Source: Blepharisma stoltei ATCC 30299
Lineage: Eukaryota; Protista; Ciliophora
Assembly: GCA_965603825.1 (NCBI GenBank)
Contig: CBFDEM010000062.1
Location: 744,001 to 808,000, forward strand
Direction: 5' to 3'
Length of the DNA: 64,000 bases
Below, piece after piece: positions 37,032 through 50,971 of this stretch. Position numbers and translations under genes: made by a program. Below the pieces are notes generated by a model. The model did not search any database. It saw only the letters and a list, made by a program, of their open reading frames with translations, and was not told the DNA's origin. Each line of letters opens with the position of its first letter. Positions within the stretch are counted from its first letter, which is position 1.

Positions 37032-40000
37032 CTATGGTAGAATATTATATTATCCACAAATCAATATAAATGAAATGCCCAAAAAACTGATTACAATCAA
37101 ACATTAACGAATTATAATAAAGAATTGAACTAAATATTATAAATAATTTTAATTTTATAGATGTTTTTACGAAATTGCAGCTTTAAAATAAAATATATGA
37201 ATGAACTTAAAAAACGCCAAATTTGTTCAGTAACATTTTTTTTAAAGTATTTTATCAAAAACTTTGAAAAATTTGTATAAAGAATGAATTAGGGAAGTGT
37301 CACAAATTAATTTCAATTTAGGCATATATCTTTTATTAGAATGCACAGATAGAATTATCAATTAAATAAAATGGAGATAGGAAATTTTCAAATACGTATT
37401 GCTTTAGATTTAGCATTTATACTAATTATATAAGTATAAGTCAATAGAAAAATTTTCAATTTGTTAAAGATAATTTGCTATGCAATAAGAGATTTGCTTA
37501 AATTCCATTGCTCAATTTAATTAAATTATATAATACCATAATTTTTTAAAATAGATAATTTTTAGCACTCTTCCAGTATAATAGTTTATATCTGCCTTTA
37601 CTCAAACGCAGAGTTTTCCCTTAAATAATCTGGCTGATAAAAATCACCATTACTGTTATTAAATCGATAGACTAATCAAGCATAATAAAGAATTTAAAAA
37701 TAGTTAATTTGTTTATTTTTTAAGTTTGTATGATATATTCTTACTATGTTTTATAAATTCTTTATGCTTGATTTATATTAGTGAGGCTAAAAATTTCAGA
37801 TTAAGGGATTTTTGGTCATGAATATTTTCATTTCATTTGATCAAGTATAATTTTTATTAATTTAAAGTAAATGTTAATCAAATGCTTTTTTCGCTTATTG
37901 CTTGCTAGAAGCTAAATTTGGTGATTTTTGGCGAATTGAATTTTATAAATGGCATAAATATTTTAAATAATTGGTTTAGCAATCAAATTTATGAGGAAAT
38001 AGTAGTGACATCAAGCAGCATTTAAATAATCAATATTATTTATAAGCATTAATTTTTGATTTTTCACTTAAAGCCATTTGATAAATTTTTCAATTTTCTT
38101 TTAAATCATGCTTATCTAATATACTATAGTTAATATTGAAAAAAATTGAGCAAATCAAGGAAAAAATAATATACTTATTAGAGCTTTTATTATCTGATAA
38201 TAAATTAACAAAACTCAAATTTCTTAAATAATTCCATTTTCATGATAAAATTTCTATTAAGAAAAATATCTAAAGTATTTAAATATAAAAGACCTAAAAC
38301 TTCCTTAGTCGTATAGATTTATTTACCTTATCTACATTAAATTCATCTAAAATTACCCTAATCATCTATTGAATACAATAAAATGATGAAAATGTTTGCA
38401 TTTGGGCTTCTTTTTTCATTGTCTTCTCTTAAGTTCAGCTTCTTAAAGTTTGCTTAGCTTAAAATCACTTAGTCTGCTATTAAAAACAGTTACAACTCGT
38501 GATCCTACACTTTCAATTTCAGAAAAAATTAAAATATTAGATTTGTAGAAAATCATAAAGACATTATCAATATTGATGAATTTCACATCGCACAATGCAA
38601 TAGAAATTATGGTTGAAGCAAAATTGGAGTCCATGTGCTAAATTCCAAGATTTTAAAAATAAAGCTTGCACTGTTATCATCACTGTATCAAGCTTTAATG
38701 AAATATTGCTTGAAGAACAATTGAAGGTTGCAACCAAGAAACCCTGATTTCAGACTGAATACTGTATTTTTCTTGGATAACGAAGTGCGAAATGTAAACT
38801 GACAGCTTTTATTGAAATAATTAAATTATAGTTTATTAAGCTTAAAGTGAGCAATTGTGTCAATATAGAATTCGTTTTGACTATAGTTTATTTTATATGC
38901 AAGCAATTAAGGATTATATGAATAATTGCAAATCAATTAAAAAGCAAAGTTGACGGATTTATTTAATTTAATAAAAGTAAAATGAGCCCAGGTAAACAGT
39001 AGAAGGCTAGCCAGAATTTTAAGATAATCGAATTAACTGCTCAAAAAAAATTATGTATATCTGCTTAATACCGAACTTTTTATTTCTTCTAATTTGCTTA
39101 TATGATAATAGTTAGAAAATAAAAATAAATCGATATTAAAAGTGCTTGCAGCCAAAATTCTTCAAATTAAGGCATCTTTTTTGATTTTACTGAAATTTAA
39201 AGTTAATCAAATTAATTTAAAAACATAAATAAAATGGCTATAAATCCTTCAAAAGAGTTTCCTATACTTTCTCAAATGTTTGATGCCAACTTGATACAAC
39301 CTCATCAATGCTGGTTATGAATGATAAAACAAATTGAATCCTAGGCTTCTTCTCAATCTATGGGCTTCTTCTTTGAAATTAAATGTTCAAAAATTAAAAT
39401 CATTAATTAAGCTTCGATAGGATATTTAACCTTATTAATATATAGCTTCCATTTTTGAGTTTAAATTAATGAAGAATGCCTGAGGATCCTTTAAATCAAT
39501 AGATTTTTGGAAATAGCAAGGTATCAAATATAATTACATCTTCACTTGAACTATTAAAACAAATGATTCCTTGTTTACTAATATTGCAATAAATATGATG
39601 CTTTTGAGGTCCTAGTTGATCCATGATATTTCTCGAATGCTTTGTATTTAAATAGATAATAAAATAAAGGTTAAAATAAATTTATACTGGTTTTGTAAAA
39701 CGCTATTTAGTCTTATATTGCAATATTGCTACGCTAAAAATGTTTATGATAAAAAATGTCCTGTTCAGATCGAAATAATATTTTACAAGAAGGAATTGTA
39801 AAAAATAATATTTCGTAATTTTGTTGATTATGAAGACTTGATAATTATATTTTATTTAGAAATGATTCTTCAGCAATTTTCATCTCATTCTCGTCATTTT
39901 TATTCACTAAAAGCATGTCTATTCATTTCTGTCTTGATTTCCAGCTATTTTTCTAACTGAAAATGACAAAAATCTCTTGATAGAGACTCCAAATTAATTA

Positions 40001-40433
40001 AAATTTACTACAAAGACTTAAAACTCAATTAATAACGAAATTTATATAAATTATTTAAAAATTATCCTTTTATTTTTATACTTCTTCAATCAACTTTTAT
40101 AGAAATGTTGAAACTTTTTATTTAGGATCATTACAAGTATTAATGTAAAACGTATGAAAATAATCCTCAAAGAATTTGATAAAAGATGATTTAATATTTA
40201 TAGCAATTTTTGCCTCCATATTAATAGAATGCTGAGCTGTTTAAAACGTGAAAATTTTAACTATTTAAAAATTTTATGAGGCTTGCATTTAGAAAATTTT
40301 TGCCCGTTAAGAGCCGATTTAATAATAATAAATATACAACACAACTAATCTCTTCACAAAATCTATTACCTAATTTATCTAAAATCATCTATATAAGCCT
40401 TTATTCCTATATTATATGTGTGGTGATAATAAA

Positions 40434-42659
40434 ATGTTGAAAGGAACTGTCATTTGGGCCTGCGTGCTCACAATTCTCAGTTTTACAGCTGCTTCATCCA
40501 AGTTTGAAGCTAAGGATCTCAACAGCGACTCTCAGTTCGTATTGAAATCGCTTGCGGAATTTAGCCAACAAGCCTACTTATACGAGCCTTTAAGGATCCA
40601 TACTCAGACGATCGAGGAATCCTTCAGCGACGACGAAGCCAACAAAAATTTGCAGTCAGCCTTAGCCACTTCAGCTAAAATCATATCTGATTTGCTACTC
40701 ACTAAGCCTACAAATGGCAAGCTTACGCTTAGCGAGAATAATCAATGCGCAGATATCATGCTCGGTCAGATGATCCAAAGCGAAGACTTATCTGCAGATA
40801 TCACTATATTCGCTGTTAACAATGAAGAAAAAGCAGAAATTACAACCTCAAAGATATGCGAGGTGAGCGAAGATAAGACTATTAAGTCAATAGTTTTGGA
40901 AATTAATGCTGAAAAACTTATGAAACTAGATGAACTTTCACAGGTAAAAGAACTTTGCACTGCAATCTCTAAAGTCTTATATGAAGATAAGGAAGTAGAA
41001 AAGCAAATGCTGCTGAGTGAAATGGCAAAATTCTTATCAAAAGAGAGAGAAATTAAGATAGCTCCAATACTTGGAGCTTGTGCAGTTGGAGTAGGCGGTT
41101 GTGCATCTTGCGACACTACTAATACAAATTGCCTTATGTGCGAAGCCACCAACTATTATCCAAGCGGAGAAATTTGCTTAGCTTGCACTCCACCATGTGC
41201 AGAATGTGTTGGAACTGAGACTTTTTGTACAACTTGCTACGATGCCATTAACATGATAAATAATGCAGGAGCTTGCATTTGCACTGATCCTAACGCTTCT
41301 TTTAGCACAACATCTTATACATGTGTTTGCAATTCAGGCTACTCTTCAATTGGAGGAATTTGCATTTATTGTGCGGCACCTTGTGCTACTTGCTCTGCAG
41401 GAAACACTTGTTCATCATGCTATGATGAAACTTATATGACATTAACTGGAGGAGTTTGCACTTGCCGTGATCTTAATGCTTCTTTTAGCACAACTTCTAA
41501 TACATGTGTTTGCAATGCAGGCTACTATTCAAACGCAGGAATTTGTATTGATTGTGCAGCACCTTGTGCCACTTGCTCTGACGCAAACACTTGCTTATCA
41601 TGTGATGATGCTCACATGACATTATATGAAGGAACTTGCTCTTGCGATTGAGGCTACTATTTAAATGATGGAATTTGCACTGCTTGTGTAGCGCCTTGTA
41701 GTGTCTGTATTTCAGCAGATTATTGTATAGGTTGTGAAGATCCTGACCATATGGCTTTATCTTCAGGAACTTGCATTTGCATTGATCCTAACGCTTCTTT
41801 TAGCACAACTTCTCTTACATGTGTTTGCAATTCAGGCTACTCTTCAGTTGGGGGAGTTTGCACTGCTTGTATTGCACCTTGCTCTACCTGCCAAACTTCA
41901 CCTTATTTGTGTACATCATGTGATGATGCTGCTAATATGGTTTTAATGGGCTCAGATTGCGTATGCACAGATATTAATGCTTATTTCAATGATGAATCTC
42001 TCACTTGCCAATGTAAGTCGAGCTACTTTTCAAATTCAGGAGTTTGCACTCACTGCGATGCGACATGCTCTACTTGTTCAGGATCCGCTGATTTTTGTAC
42101 TTCGTGCAGAGATTCAGCTCATATGATTTTGACTCCGGATACAGGAGTTTGCTCATGTAAAGATCCAAATGCTAGTTTCAATGAAATTATTGGTAGATGT
42201 CAATGCAATTCAGGCTATATTTCAGATTTAGGCTTTTGCGATGCTTGTGTTTTGCCTTGCGCGACATGCTCTTCTTCTCTTACGTTTTGCACTTCGTGCG
42301 AAGATCCTACGAATATGTATTTAAATACTGTTGCAGGGACATGCAGATGTTGGGATCTTTATGCTTCTTTTGATCAGACTTCTAAAACTTGTCAGTGTAT
42401 TCAAGGCTATTATATGTCAAGCTCAGGAACATGCCAACCTTGCATCTCACCTTGTGCTCAATGCTCTAACTCAGCGACTTTTTGCACAGCATGCAACGAC
42501 TTTGCGAATATGAACTTAAATGCGATCACAGGCACATGCACATGTAAAGAGCCCAATTATCAGTTTAATCCATGGGTGAAAGCTTGCCAATCTAATTCTG
42601 GCTGCAATTGCAATCAGTGCGGCACCATAATAAATAACATCATCAATTTCAACTTCTAA
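40434..42659 (+). CDS. Secreted Cys-rich (furin-like/EGF-like) repeat protein 1
   Basis: Signal peptide MLKGTVIWACVLTILSFTAAS; TGA 41649-51 = Trp joins the two ORFs in frame; CxxC repeats; ends CNCNQCGTIINNIINFNF. Confidence 0.9.
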
Positions 42660-43469
42660 ATAGAGTTAGATAATTTTTTAAAAGTTTATTTTAATTGTAT
42701 TGTATTATAATTATTAATTTAAATTTTAGCATACCCTGATGAGATTAGTGAGAAAGTTTGGTATAATAAGCCCTTATCTTAATCAAAAAAATAAATTTTT
42801 CTACGCTCTGATAAGATAAATAAAGAATGCAAGATGATATTAAATGTAAAATTTAAGCAAAATCAAAATGCCGATATATTTAAAAATTTAAAGGATTAAT
42901 AATTTTTATGTAAGATTGCAATTTAGTATCGCTCGAAATTTATCATAAATTGGCAGGTTAAATCATATGATATTTCTTTTACTTTGCGTTCTTTATGTAA
43001 AGGATTGGCATTATCCTTCAAATTATAAAATAAAATTTGAGAGCTATCTATTGTTATAATAAATATTTCATCATTTAAGCTTAAATAATTCATCTTAATT
43101 AGTTTGTTATAGCAATACTTTGAAACTCTGTATAAAATAATAATTAAGCAGGTTTCTCAACTCAGTGAGTATTAGAAATGTTAATTTTGGCTTATTTTAT
43201 TTTAAAACTTTCAGATGAATGCTATCAATTGAATAAAACTGCAAAAAAGAAATTTTTAAGAATAAAATAATTCGTATTGATATATAGATTTGCTAGCTTC
43301 AGGGTAATTATGCAAAATATAAGTAAATAGAAAATATTTTAATTCTTTAGAAAATATTTGTAAATATTTAAATCTAAAATACTTAAAATACCTAAAATTT
43401 CCTTAAATTCTATTAATCTATTTACCATATCTATATTAAATTGTCCTAATATCTAGTGGCTATAATATA

Positions 43470-46076
43470 ATGATGAAAATATTCGTCGTTTGGGCTTCTT
43501 TTTTCATTGTCCTCTGCTTAAGTTATGTTTCTTCAAAGCTTGACTTAAGTGATCGCCAATTTAGCTTGAAATCACTTAGTGAAAACACTCTGCAAGGGCA
43601 CTTGTATCAGCCTTTAGAAATTCATGTTGAGGCGATCGAAAAATCCTTCAGCGACGATAAGATCTATAAGGCTTTGAGCTCAACCTTAATTGCTTCAGCC
43701 AAAATCTTATCAGATTTACTACTCACCAAGCCATCAACAGAAAAGGTTAGATTTGGCGAAAATAATCAATGCGCTGACATCTTGCTAAGCCAGATTACCC
43801 AAAGAGAAGACATTGATGCAGATATAGCTATATTTGCTGTCAGTAGTAAAGACAAAAGTGAAATAATTACCTCAAGGAAATGTGAGGTAAATGAGAAAAA
43901 ATTTATAAAAGCTATTGCTTTAGAAATTAATGCCGAGGAATTCATAAAACTTGAAAAAATTTCGAAAGTCAGAGAACTTTGCATTGCAATTGCAAATGTC
44001 TTATACGGAGATAATGAAGAAGAAAATCAAGTTCTGATGAAGGAAATAGGTGAATATTTGGCGAATGAGGAAAATATCGGAGAAATGAACAAATTAGGAG
44101 CTTGCAATACTGGATATTTTGTAAGTGGAGGAGTTTGCGTGGCTTGCAATCCACCATGCTCTGAATGCTCTGGAACTCCAGATTATTGTACATCTTGTTA
44201 TGATGCCACTAATATGATAAATAACGCAGGCACATGCACTTGCAACAATTCTCTAAAAACTTTTAATACTGCCTCTTTAACCTGCACTTGCCAAGCAGGG
44301 TATTATGCCTTAGCTAATGGATATTGCATGCAATGTTCAGCCCCATGTGCTACATGTACTTCATATAGTAATTGCATCACATGTCAAGACCCAACTAATA
44401 TGACTCTAAATGGAGGAATTTGTACTTGCACTGATCCCAATAAATATTTCAACTCAGCAGCTCTCGTTTGCCAATGCAGTGGAGGATATTACTCAAATGC
44501 AGGTGTTTGCACTCGATGCTCCTTGCCATGCAGTACATGCTCTACTTCGGCTACTTATTGCACTTCGTGCGTTGATCCCATTCACATGACTCCTCCAACT
44601 CCAACATCAGGAATTTGCGCGTGCACTGATCCAAATGCTTCTTATAGTACTGGATCACAAAAATGCTTATGCAATCAAGGATATTACTCAGATTATTCAC
44701 ACAATGGCTTAGGAGTTTGCACTCCATGTTCAGTGCCTTGCTCTTCGTGCTCGAATTCAGCTACTTCTTGTACCGCATGCGTTGATCCTATACACATGAT
44801 TCTAAATGGAGGTTATTGTGTATGCTCTGATCCCAATGCCTCTTTTAATACTGTATCACTTACTTGTCAATGCAATCCAGGATATTTTTCGCTATCAGGC
44901 GTTTGCACTGCTTGTGGGTCATCTTGCATCTCATGCTCATCCTCAGGATGTGAAGATTGTTATGATCCTTCTAATATGACGATCAACGGAGGACTATGTG
45001 TATGCAAAGACTTAAATGCTTATTTTAATACTGCAACTAATACATGCCAATGCAAAAATGAGTACATTTCAGTTTCTGGGATATGTCAGAGCTGTGAAGC
45101 ACCTTGTAGCCAATGTGAAAATGCTACAACTTTTTGCACAGAATGCGATGATTCCAATAATATGGCTTTAGATTCAGCCTCAGGAGCATGCACTTGCACA
45201 GATCCTAATGCTTCTTTTAATGCAGGAACTCTTACATGCCAATGCAATTCTGGCTATCTTAATTATGGAGGAGCTTGTACCGCTTGCATTGCACCTTGCT
45301 CTACCTGCCAATCTTTACCATATTTGTGTACATCATGTGATGATGCTGCTAATATGGTTTTAATGGGCTCAAATTGCTTATGCACAGATACTAATGCTTA
45401 TTTCAACAAGGAATCTCTCACTTGCCAATGCGAATCGAGCTACTTTTCAAATTCAGGAGTTTGCACTCAATGCGATGCAACATGCTCTACTTGTTCAGGA
45501 TCCGCTTATTTTTGTACTTCGTGCAAAGATTCAAATCATATGACTTTAAATTCGGCTACAGGAGTTTGTTCATGCACAGATCCTAATGCTAGTTTCAATC
45601 AGGTTTTTAATTTATGCCAATGCAATTCAGGCTATATTTCAAATTTAGGCGTTTGCGTTGCTTGTGTTTTGCCTTGTGCGACATGCTCTTCTTCTGATAT
45701 TGCATTTTGCACTGCATGTGAAGATCCTATGAATATGTATTTAAATACTGTTGCAGGGACATGCAGATGCTGGGATCCTTATGCTTCTTTTGATCAGACT
45801 TCTAAAACTTGTCAGTGTATTCAAGGCTATTATATGTCAAGTTCAGGAGCATGTCAACCTTGCATCCCACCTTGTGCTCAATGCTCTAATTCAGAGACTT
45901 TTTGCACAGCATGCAACGACTTTGCAAATATGAACTTAAATGTGACCACAGGTGTATGCACATGCAAAGAGCCCAATTTTCAGTTCAATCCATGGGTAAA
46001 AGCTTGCCAATCTAATTCTAGCTGCAATTGCAATCAGTGCGGCACCACAATAAATAATTTCATTTTCAACTTCTAA
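43470..46076 (+). CDS. Secreted Cys-rich repeat protein 2
   Basis: 868-aa ORF with signal peptide; homologous head domain and C-terminus. Confidence 0.93.
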   Translation: MMKIFVVWASFFIVLCLSYVSSKLDLSDRQFSLKSLSENTLQGHLYQPLEIHVEAIEKSFSDDKIYKALSSTLIASAKILSDLLLTKPSTEKVRFGENNQCADILLSQITQREDIDADIAIFAVSSKDKSEIITSRKCEVNEKKFIKAIALEINAEEFIKLEKISKVRELCIAIANVLYGDNEEENQVLMKEIGEYLANEENIGEMNKLGACNTGYFVSGGVCVACNPPCSECSGTPDYCTSCYDATNMINNAGTCTCNNSLKTFNTASLTCTCQAGYYALANGYCMQCSAPCATCTSYSNCITCQDPTNMTLNGGICTCTDPNKYFNSAALVCQCSGGYYSNAGVCTRCSLPCSTCSTSATYCTSCVDPIHMTPPTPTSGICACTDPNASYSTGSQKCLCNQGYYSDYSHNGLGVCTPCSVPCSSCSNSATSCTACVDPIHMILNGGYCVCSDPNASFNTVSLTCQCNPGYFSLSGVCTACGSSCISCSSSGCEDCYDPSNMTINGGLCVCKDLNAYFNTATNTCQCKNEYISVSGICQSCEAPCSQCENATTFCTECDDSNNMALDSASGACTCTDPNASFNAGTLTCQCNSGYLNYGGACTACIAPCSTCQSLPYLCTSCDDAANMVLMGSNCLCTDTNAYFNKESLTCQCESSYFSNSGVCTQCDATCSTCSGSAYFCTSCKDSNHMTLNSATGVCSCTDPNASFNQVFNLCQCNSGYISNLGVCVACVLPCATCSSSDIAFCTACEDPMNMYLNTVAGTCRCWDPYASFDQTSKTCQCIQGYYMSSSGACQPCIPPCAQCSNSETFCTACNDFANMNLNVTTGVCTCKEPNFQFNPWVKACQSNSSCNCNQCGTTINNFIFNF

Positions 46077-46559
46077 ATAGAGTTAGATAATAATTTTGTA
46101 AAAGTTTATTTTAATTATAATTATTAATTTAAATTTTGGCATACTTGGTGAAATTAATGAGAAAGTTTAATATGATAAACCCTCATTTAATCAGAAATTC
46201 AAATTTTGGCATACAGTGATATGATAAATACAAAATACAAGAAGATATTAAATACAAAATTTAAGAAAAATCAAAAGCTGAGATATATAAAATTTAAAGG
46301 AAATTGTTAGTTTTTATATAAAATTGGGATTTAGTATCACTCGAGATTTATAATAAATTGGGTTTATGGGTGCTGCAATTTGTATAAATAGTTGATTCAA
46401 AGTTAATAGAGTGAAATAAGAACTATATAAGAATAAGTGCTCTATATAAGCAAAAGTGGTATTGAATGCCTGTTACTCTTTGTGAAGTTCTTAATGAATC
46501 ATAAGCAAATTTAAACTATGTTATGTTAGGTTTATTAAGCATCTGACGCTACCAAATGA

Positions 46560-47090
46560 GCTTTATGACTCACTTTTCCTGATCTTCCACAATTTCTTTT
46601 CTTTTTTCTTCATTTTTGTCGATTTCTTTCCTCTCGCCTCATTCTTCAATTCCATTATCTTTACTACCTTTATCACTTTCGTTGCTTCCGTTACTTTACC
46701 AGTTCCACAAATTTCATTACTTTTGTCACTTTTTCTGCTTTCATTTCGGGTTTTTCTAATTCTTTGGATGTTTTGATTTTTGATAGTCTTTTGTTTCAAT
46801 ATTTAGCTCTTTCAACCTTTTCAGTCTTTTCTTTTTTTCTTCTAATTTTACTGATTTTTCCTCAAAGATTTCCTATGCCTTTTATTCATTTCTATTACAC
46901 ATTATTTTCCTAGGCTGTTTTTCAAAGTAGACTATTAGTCTTTCAAATGTTTTGTCTTCCCTTGCTAGTTCCTTCATCGAATCTTTCTTCTTCCTCAATA
47001 TCTCCGATTTCTTCGTTGCATCCTTCTTCTAGCTCTCTTCTCCTTTTTCTAGTATCTCCTCCCACTTAGCTAAAACTTCGTCCAAGCCTT
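46560..47090 (-). pseudogene. Decayed K/E-rich coding relic
   Basis: Strong purine bias on the minus strand with GAA/AAG codon runs broken by stops. Confidence 0.45.
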
Positions 47091-47277
47091 AATCATCTCA
47101 TGAGTACTATTATTTTTTCGATAGTATTTTTTTATGCGAAAATGACACTGTAGGTTTTTTTATAGTATGGTTTTAAAATATTTTTTAATTCACTGTAATT
47201 TACCGATTAGTTATTTTTCATAATTACCTGTTCATATAAGCCTTATTCCTATATTTTATGTGTGTGGTAGTAATAAA

Positions 47278-50154
47278 ATGTTGAAAGGAACTGTCATTTG
47301 GGCCTGCGTGCTCACAATTCTCAGTTTTACAGCTGCTTCATCAAAGTTTAACGCTTGGGACCTCACCAGCGACTCTCAGTTCGTATTGAAATCGCTCGCA
47401 GAAATTCGTCAGCAAGCCCACCTATACAAGCCTTTAAGGATTCATATTCAGATGATCGAAGAATCCTTCAACAATGACGAAACCAATAAAAATTTGCAGT
47501 CAGCCTTAGCCACTTCAGCTAAATTAATGTCTGATTTACTACTCATTAAGCCTACAACAGGCAAGCTAAGGCTTAGCGAGAATAATCAATGCACAGATAT
47601 CCTGTTAAGCCAGGTGATTCAAAGCAAAGATTTATCCGCGGATATCACTATATTCGCTGCTAATAATGAAGAAAAGGGAGAAATTGCATCCTCAAAGAAG
47701 TGTGAAGTGTACGAAAATAAGACTATTAGGTCTTTAGCTCTGGAAATTAATGCTGAAAAATTTATGAAGCTAGATGAACTTTCACAGGCCAAAGAACTTT
47801 GTATTGCAATCTCTAAAGCCTTATATGAAGATAAGGAAGTGGAAAGACAAATGCTGATCAGCGAGATAGGGAGAGTTTTCGCCAAAGAGAGAGAAATAAA
47901 AATAGCACCAATTCTCGGAGTTTGTCAGGCTGGTCAAAACTATTGTTTAATTTGCGCTGATAAAGAGAATTGCCAAACTTGTGATGACGGCTATTTTGTA
48001 AATTGGAATGGATATTGCTCTGCTTGTAATACGAACTGCGCGACGTGTCAAACAAGTGCTGAAAATTGTTTGACATGTTCTGATTCCACTCATATGTCAG
48101 CTGCTCCAGCCTGTGCTTGCCCAGCTAACGCAGTTCTCTCAGGAACTACTTGTACTAGCAACGCCGGCTATTACTTCAGCACTAACACTATTTGTTCTGC
48201 TTGCAATACTAACTGTGCTACTTGTACCACAAGCGCTACTAACTGTGCAACTTGCTCAGATCCCACTCATATGTCAGCTGCTCCAACCTGTGCTTGCCCA
48301 GCTAACGGAGCTCTCTCAGGAACAACTTGCTCTTGCAACACCGGATATTATTTTTGCGCAAACACTTTCTGTTGTGCTTGTAATACGAACTGTGCGACGT
48401 GCCAAGTAAGTGATGGAAACTGTTTGACATGTTCTGATCCCACTCATATGTCAGCTGCTCCACAATGTTCCTGCCCAACTAACGGAGCTCTCTTAGGAAC
48501 AACTTGCACTTGCAACGCCGGCTATTACTTCAGCGCAAACACTGTCTGTTCTGCTTGCAATATGAACTGCGCGACGTGTCAAACAAGTGCTGGAAACTGT
48601 TTGGTATGTTCTGATCCCACTCACATGTCAGCTGCTCCAATCTGTGCTTGCCCATCTAACGGAGCTCTCTCAGGAACTACTTGTACTTGTAACGCCGGAT
48701 TTTATTTTATCAGAAACACTATCTGTTCTGCTTGTAGTATGAACTGCGCTACTTGTATCACAAGCGCTGAGAACTGTGTAACTTGCGCTAATACAACTCA
48801 TATGTCAGTTGCTCCAGCCTGTGCTTGCCCAACTAACGGAGCTCTCTCAGGAAATACTTGCACTTGCAACGCCGGCTATTACTTCAGCTCAAACACTGTC
48901 TGTTCTGCTTGTAATACGAATTGTGCGATGTGCGAAGTAAGTGATGGAAACTGTTTGAGATGTTCTGATCCCACTCATATGTCAGCTGCTCCAGCCTGTG
49001 CTTGCCCAACTAACGGAGCTCTCTCAGTAACAACTTGTACTTGCAACACCGGCTATTATTTTAGCGCAAACACTGTCTGTTCTGCTTGCAATACGAACTG
49101 CGCTACTTGCACCTCAAGCGCTGACAACTGTGTAACTTGCGCTGATACAACTCATATGTCAGCTGCTCCAGCCTGTGCTTGCCCAACTAACGGAGCTCTC
49201 TCAGGAAATACTTGCACTTGCAACGCCGGCTATTACTTCAGCTCAAACACTGTCTGTTCTGCTTGTAATACGAATTGTGCGATGTGCAAAGTAAGTGATG
49301 GAAACTGTTTGACATGTTCTGATCCCACTCACATGTCAGCTGCTCCAGCCTGTGCTTGCCCAACTAACGGAGCTCTCTCAGGAACAACTTGTACTTGCAA
49401 CACCGGCTATTACTTCAGCTCAAACACTGTCTGTTCTGCTTGTGATTCTAATTGCGCTGCATGTAGTGGAACTGCCAATATCTGTTTAACTTGCGTTGAT
49501 ACAACTCATATGTCAGCTGCTCCAACATGTGCTTGCCCAGCTAACGGAGCGCTCTCAGGAACTTCCTGTACTTGCAACGCCGGATATTACTTCAACTCAA
49601 ATACTGTCTGTTCTGCTTGTAATAATAGCTGCGCTACTTGTACCATAAGCGCTAGCAACTGTATAACTTGTGTGGATCCCACTCATATGTCAGCTGCTCC
49701 AGCTTGTGCTTGCCCAGCAAACGCCTCCCTCTCAGGATCAACTTGCATTTGCAACGCCGGCTATTACTTCAGCTCAAACACTGTCTGTTCTGCTTGTAAA
49801 GACTCTACGTATATGTATTTAGATACTGTTACAGGGACATGCAAATGCTTGGATCCTCATGCTTCTTTTGATCAGACTTCTAAAATTTGTCAGTGTATTC
49901 AAGGCTATTATATGTCAAGTTCAGGAACATGTCAGCCTTGCATCCCACCTTGTGCTCAATGCTCTAGTTCAGCGACCTTTTGCACAGTGTGCGATGATTT
50001 TGCGAATATGAACTTAAATGTGACCAGAGGCACTTGCTCATGCAAAGATCTCAATTTTCAGTTTAATCCATGATTGAAAACTTGCCAATCTAATCCTGAT
50101 TGCAATTGCAATCAATGCGGCACCACAATAAATATCATCAATTTCAACTTTTAA
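47278..50154 (+). CDS. Secreted Cys-rich repeat protein 3
   Basis: In-frame ATG at 47278; TGA 50071-73 aligns with TGG (FNPW) in the paralogs; TAA 50152-54. Confidence 0.9.
48016..49785 (+). repeat. Coding tandem repeat, 10 x 177 bp (59 aa)
   Basis: Unit CSACNTNCATC.TSA.NCLTCSDPTHMSAAPACACP.NGALSGTTCTCNAGYYFS.NTV. Confidence 0.92.
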
Positions 50155-50971
50155 GTAGAATTAGATAATAATTTTATAAAAGTTTATTCTAATTTTAATT
50201 TATTATAATTATTAATTTAAATTTCTTTTGACATACCCTGGTGAGATTAATTAGAAAGTTTCAATATGATAAACCCTTATTTTTTAATCAGAAATTTGCA
50301 TCTTGTTGATAAGATAAATAAAAATATAATACTTGGTACATTAAATACATAAAAAAATATAAAATTTAAAGGAAATTATTAACTTTTTATATAATATTGA
50401 AAATTTAGTATAACTCAAGATTTATCATAAAATTGGGGCTATGGGTGCTACAATTTATATAAATAGCTGATTCAAAGTTAATAGAGCGAAATAAGAGTGA
50501 GCTAAACAAATCTAATATTTTATCAGATTAAATCATATGATATTTTTTAAATTTTAAGTAAGCGTTCTCTTTATGTAAAGGATTGGATTATCCTTCAATT
50601 TATAAAATAAAATAAGTTATGAGAGCTAGTTAAAAATAAGAGTGAAACCGCATAATCACTATCTCTTATTTTAGGCTTAAATAATTCATCTTAATTATTT
50701 TGCTATGGCAATTGCTTTGAAACTTATAAATAAAATAATAATTAAGCTAGTCTTCAGCTCAGTAAGTATCAGAAAATGTTAATTTTGGCTTTTATTTCTA
50801 AAACTGCGCAGATAAATGCTATTAATAGAATAAAAAGATAGAAAAGAATAAAATAATGCGTATTGATATATAGATTGGGTAGCTTTAGTGTAATTAATGT
50901 AAATTATAAGTAAATAGGAAATATTTTAATTTTTTAGCAGTAAGTAAAAATTATAATAAAATTCATACTTT

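Noticed and set aside
40416-40433. Upstream ATG (MCGDNK) as the true start of Cys-rich gene 1
   Set aside because: In paralog 3 the equivalent ATG (47258) is out of frame, while the AAAATG of MLKG is conserved and begins the signal peptide.
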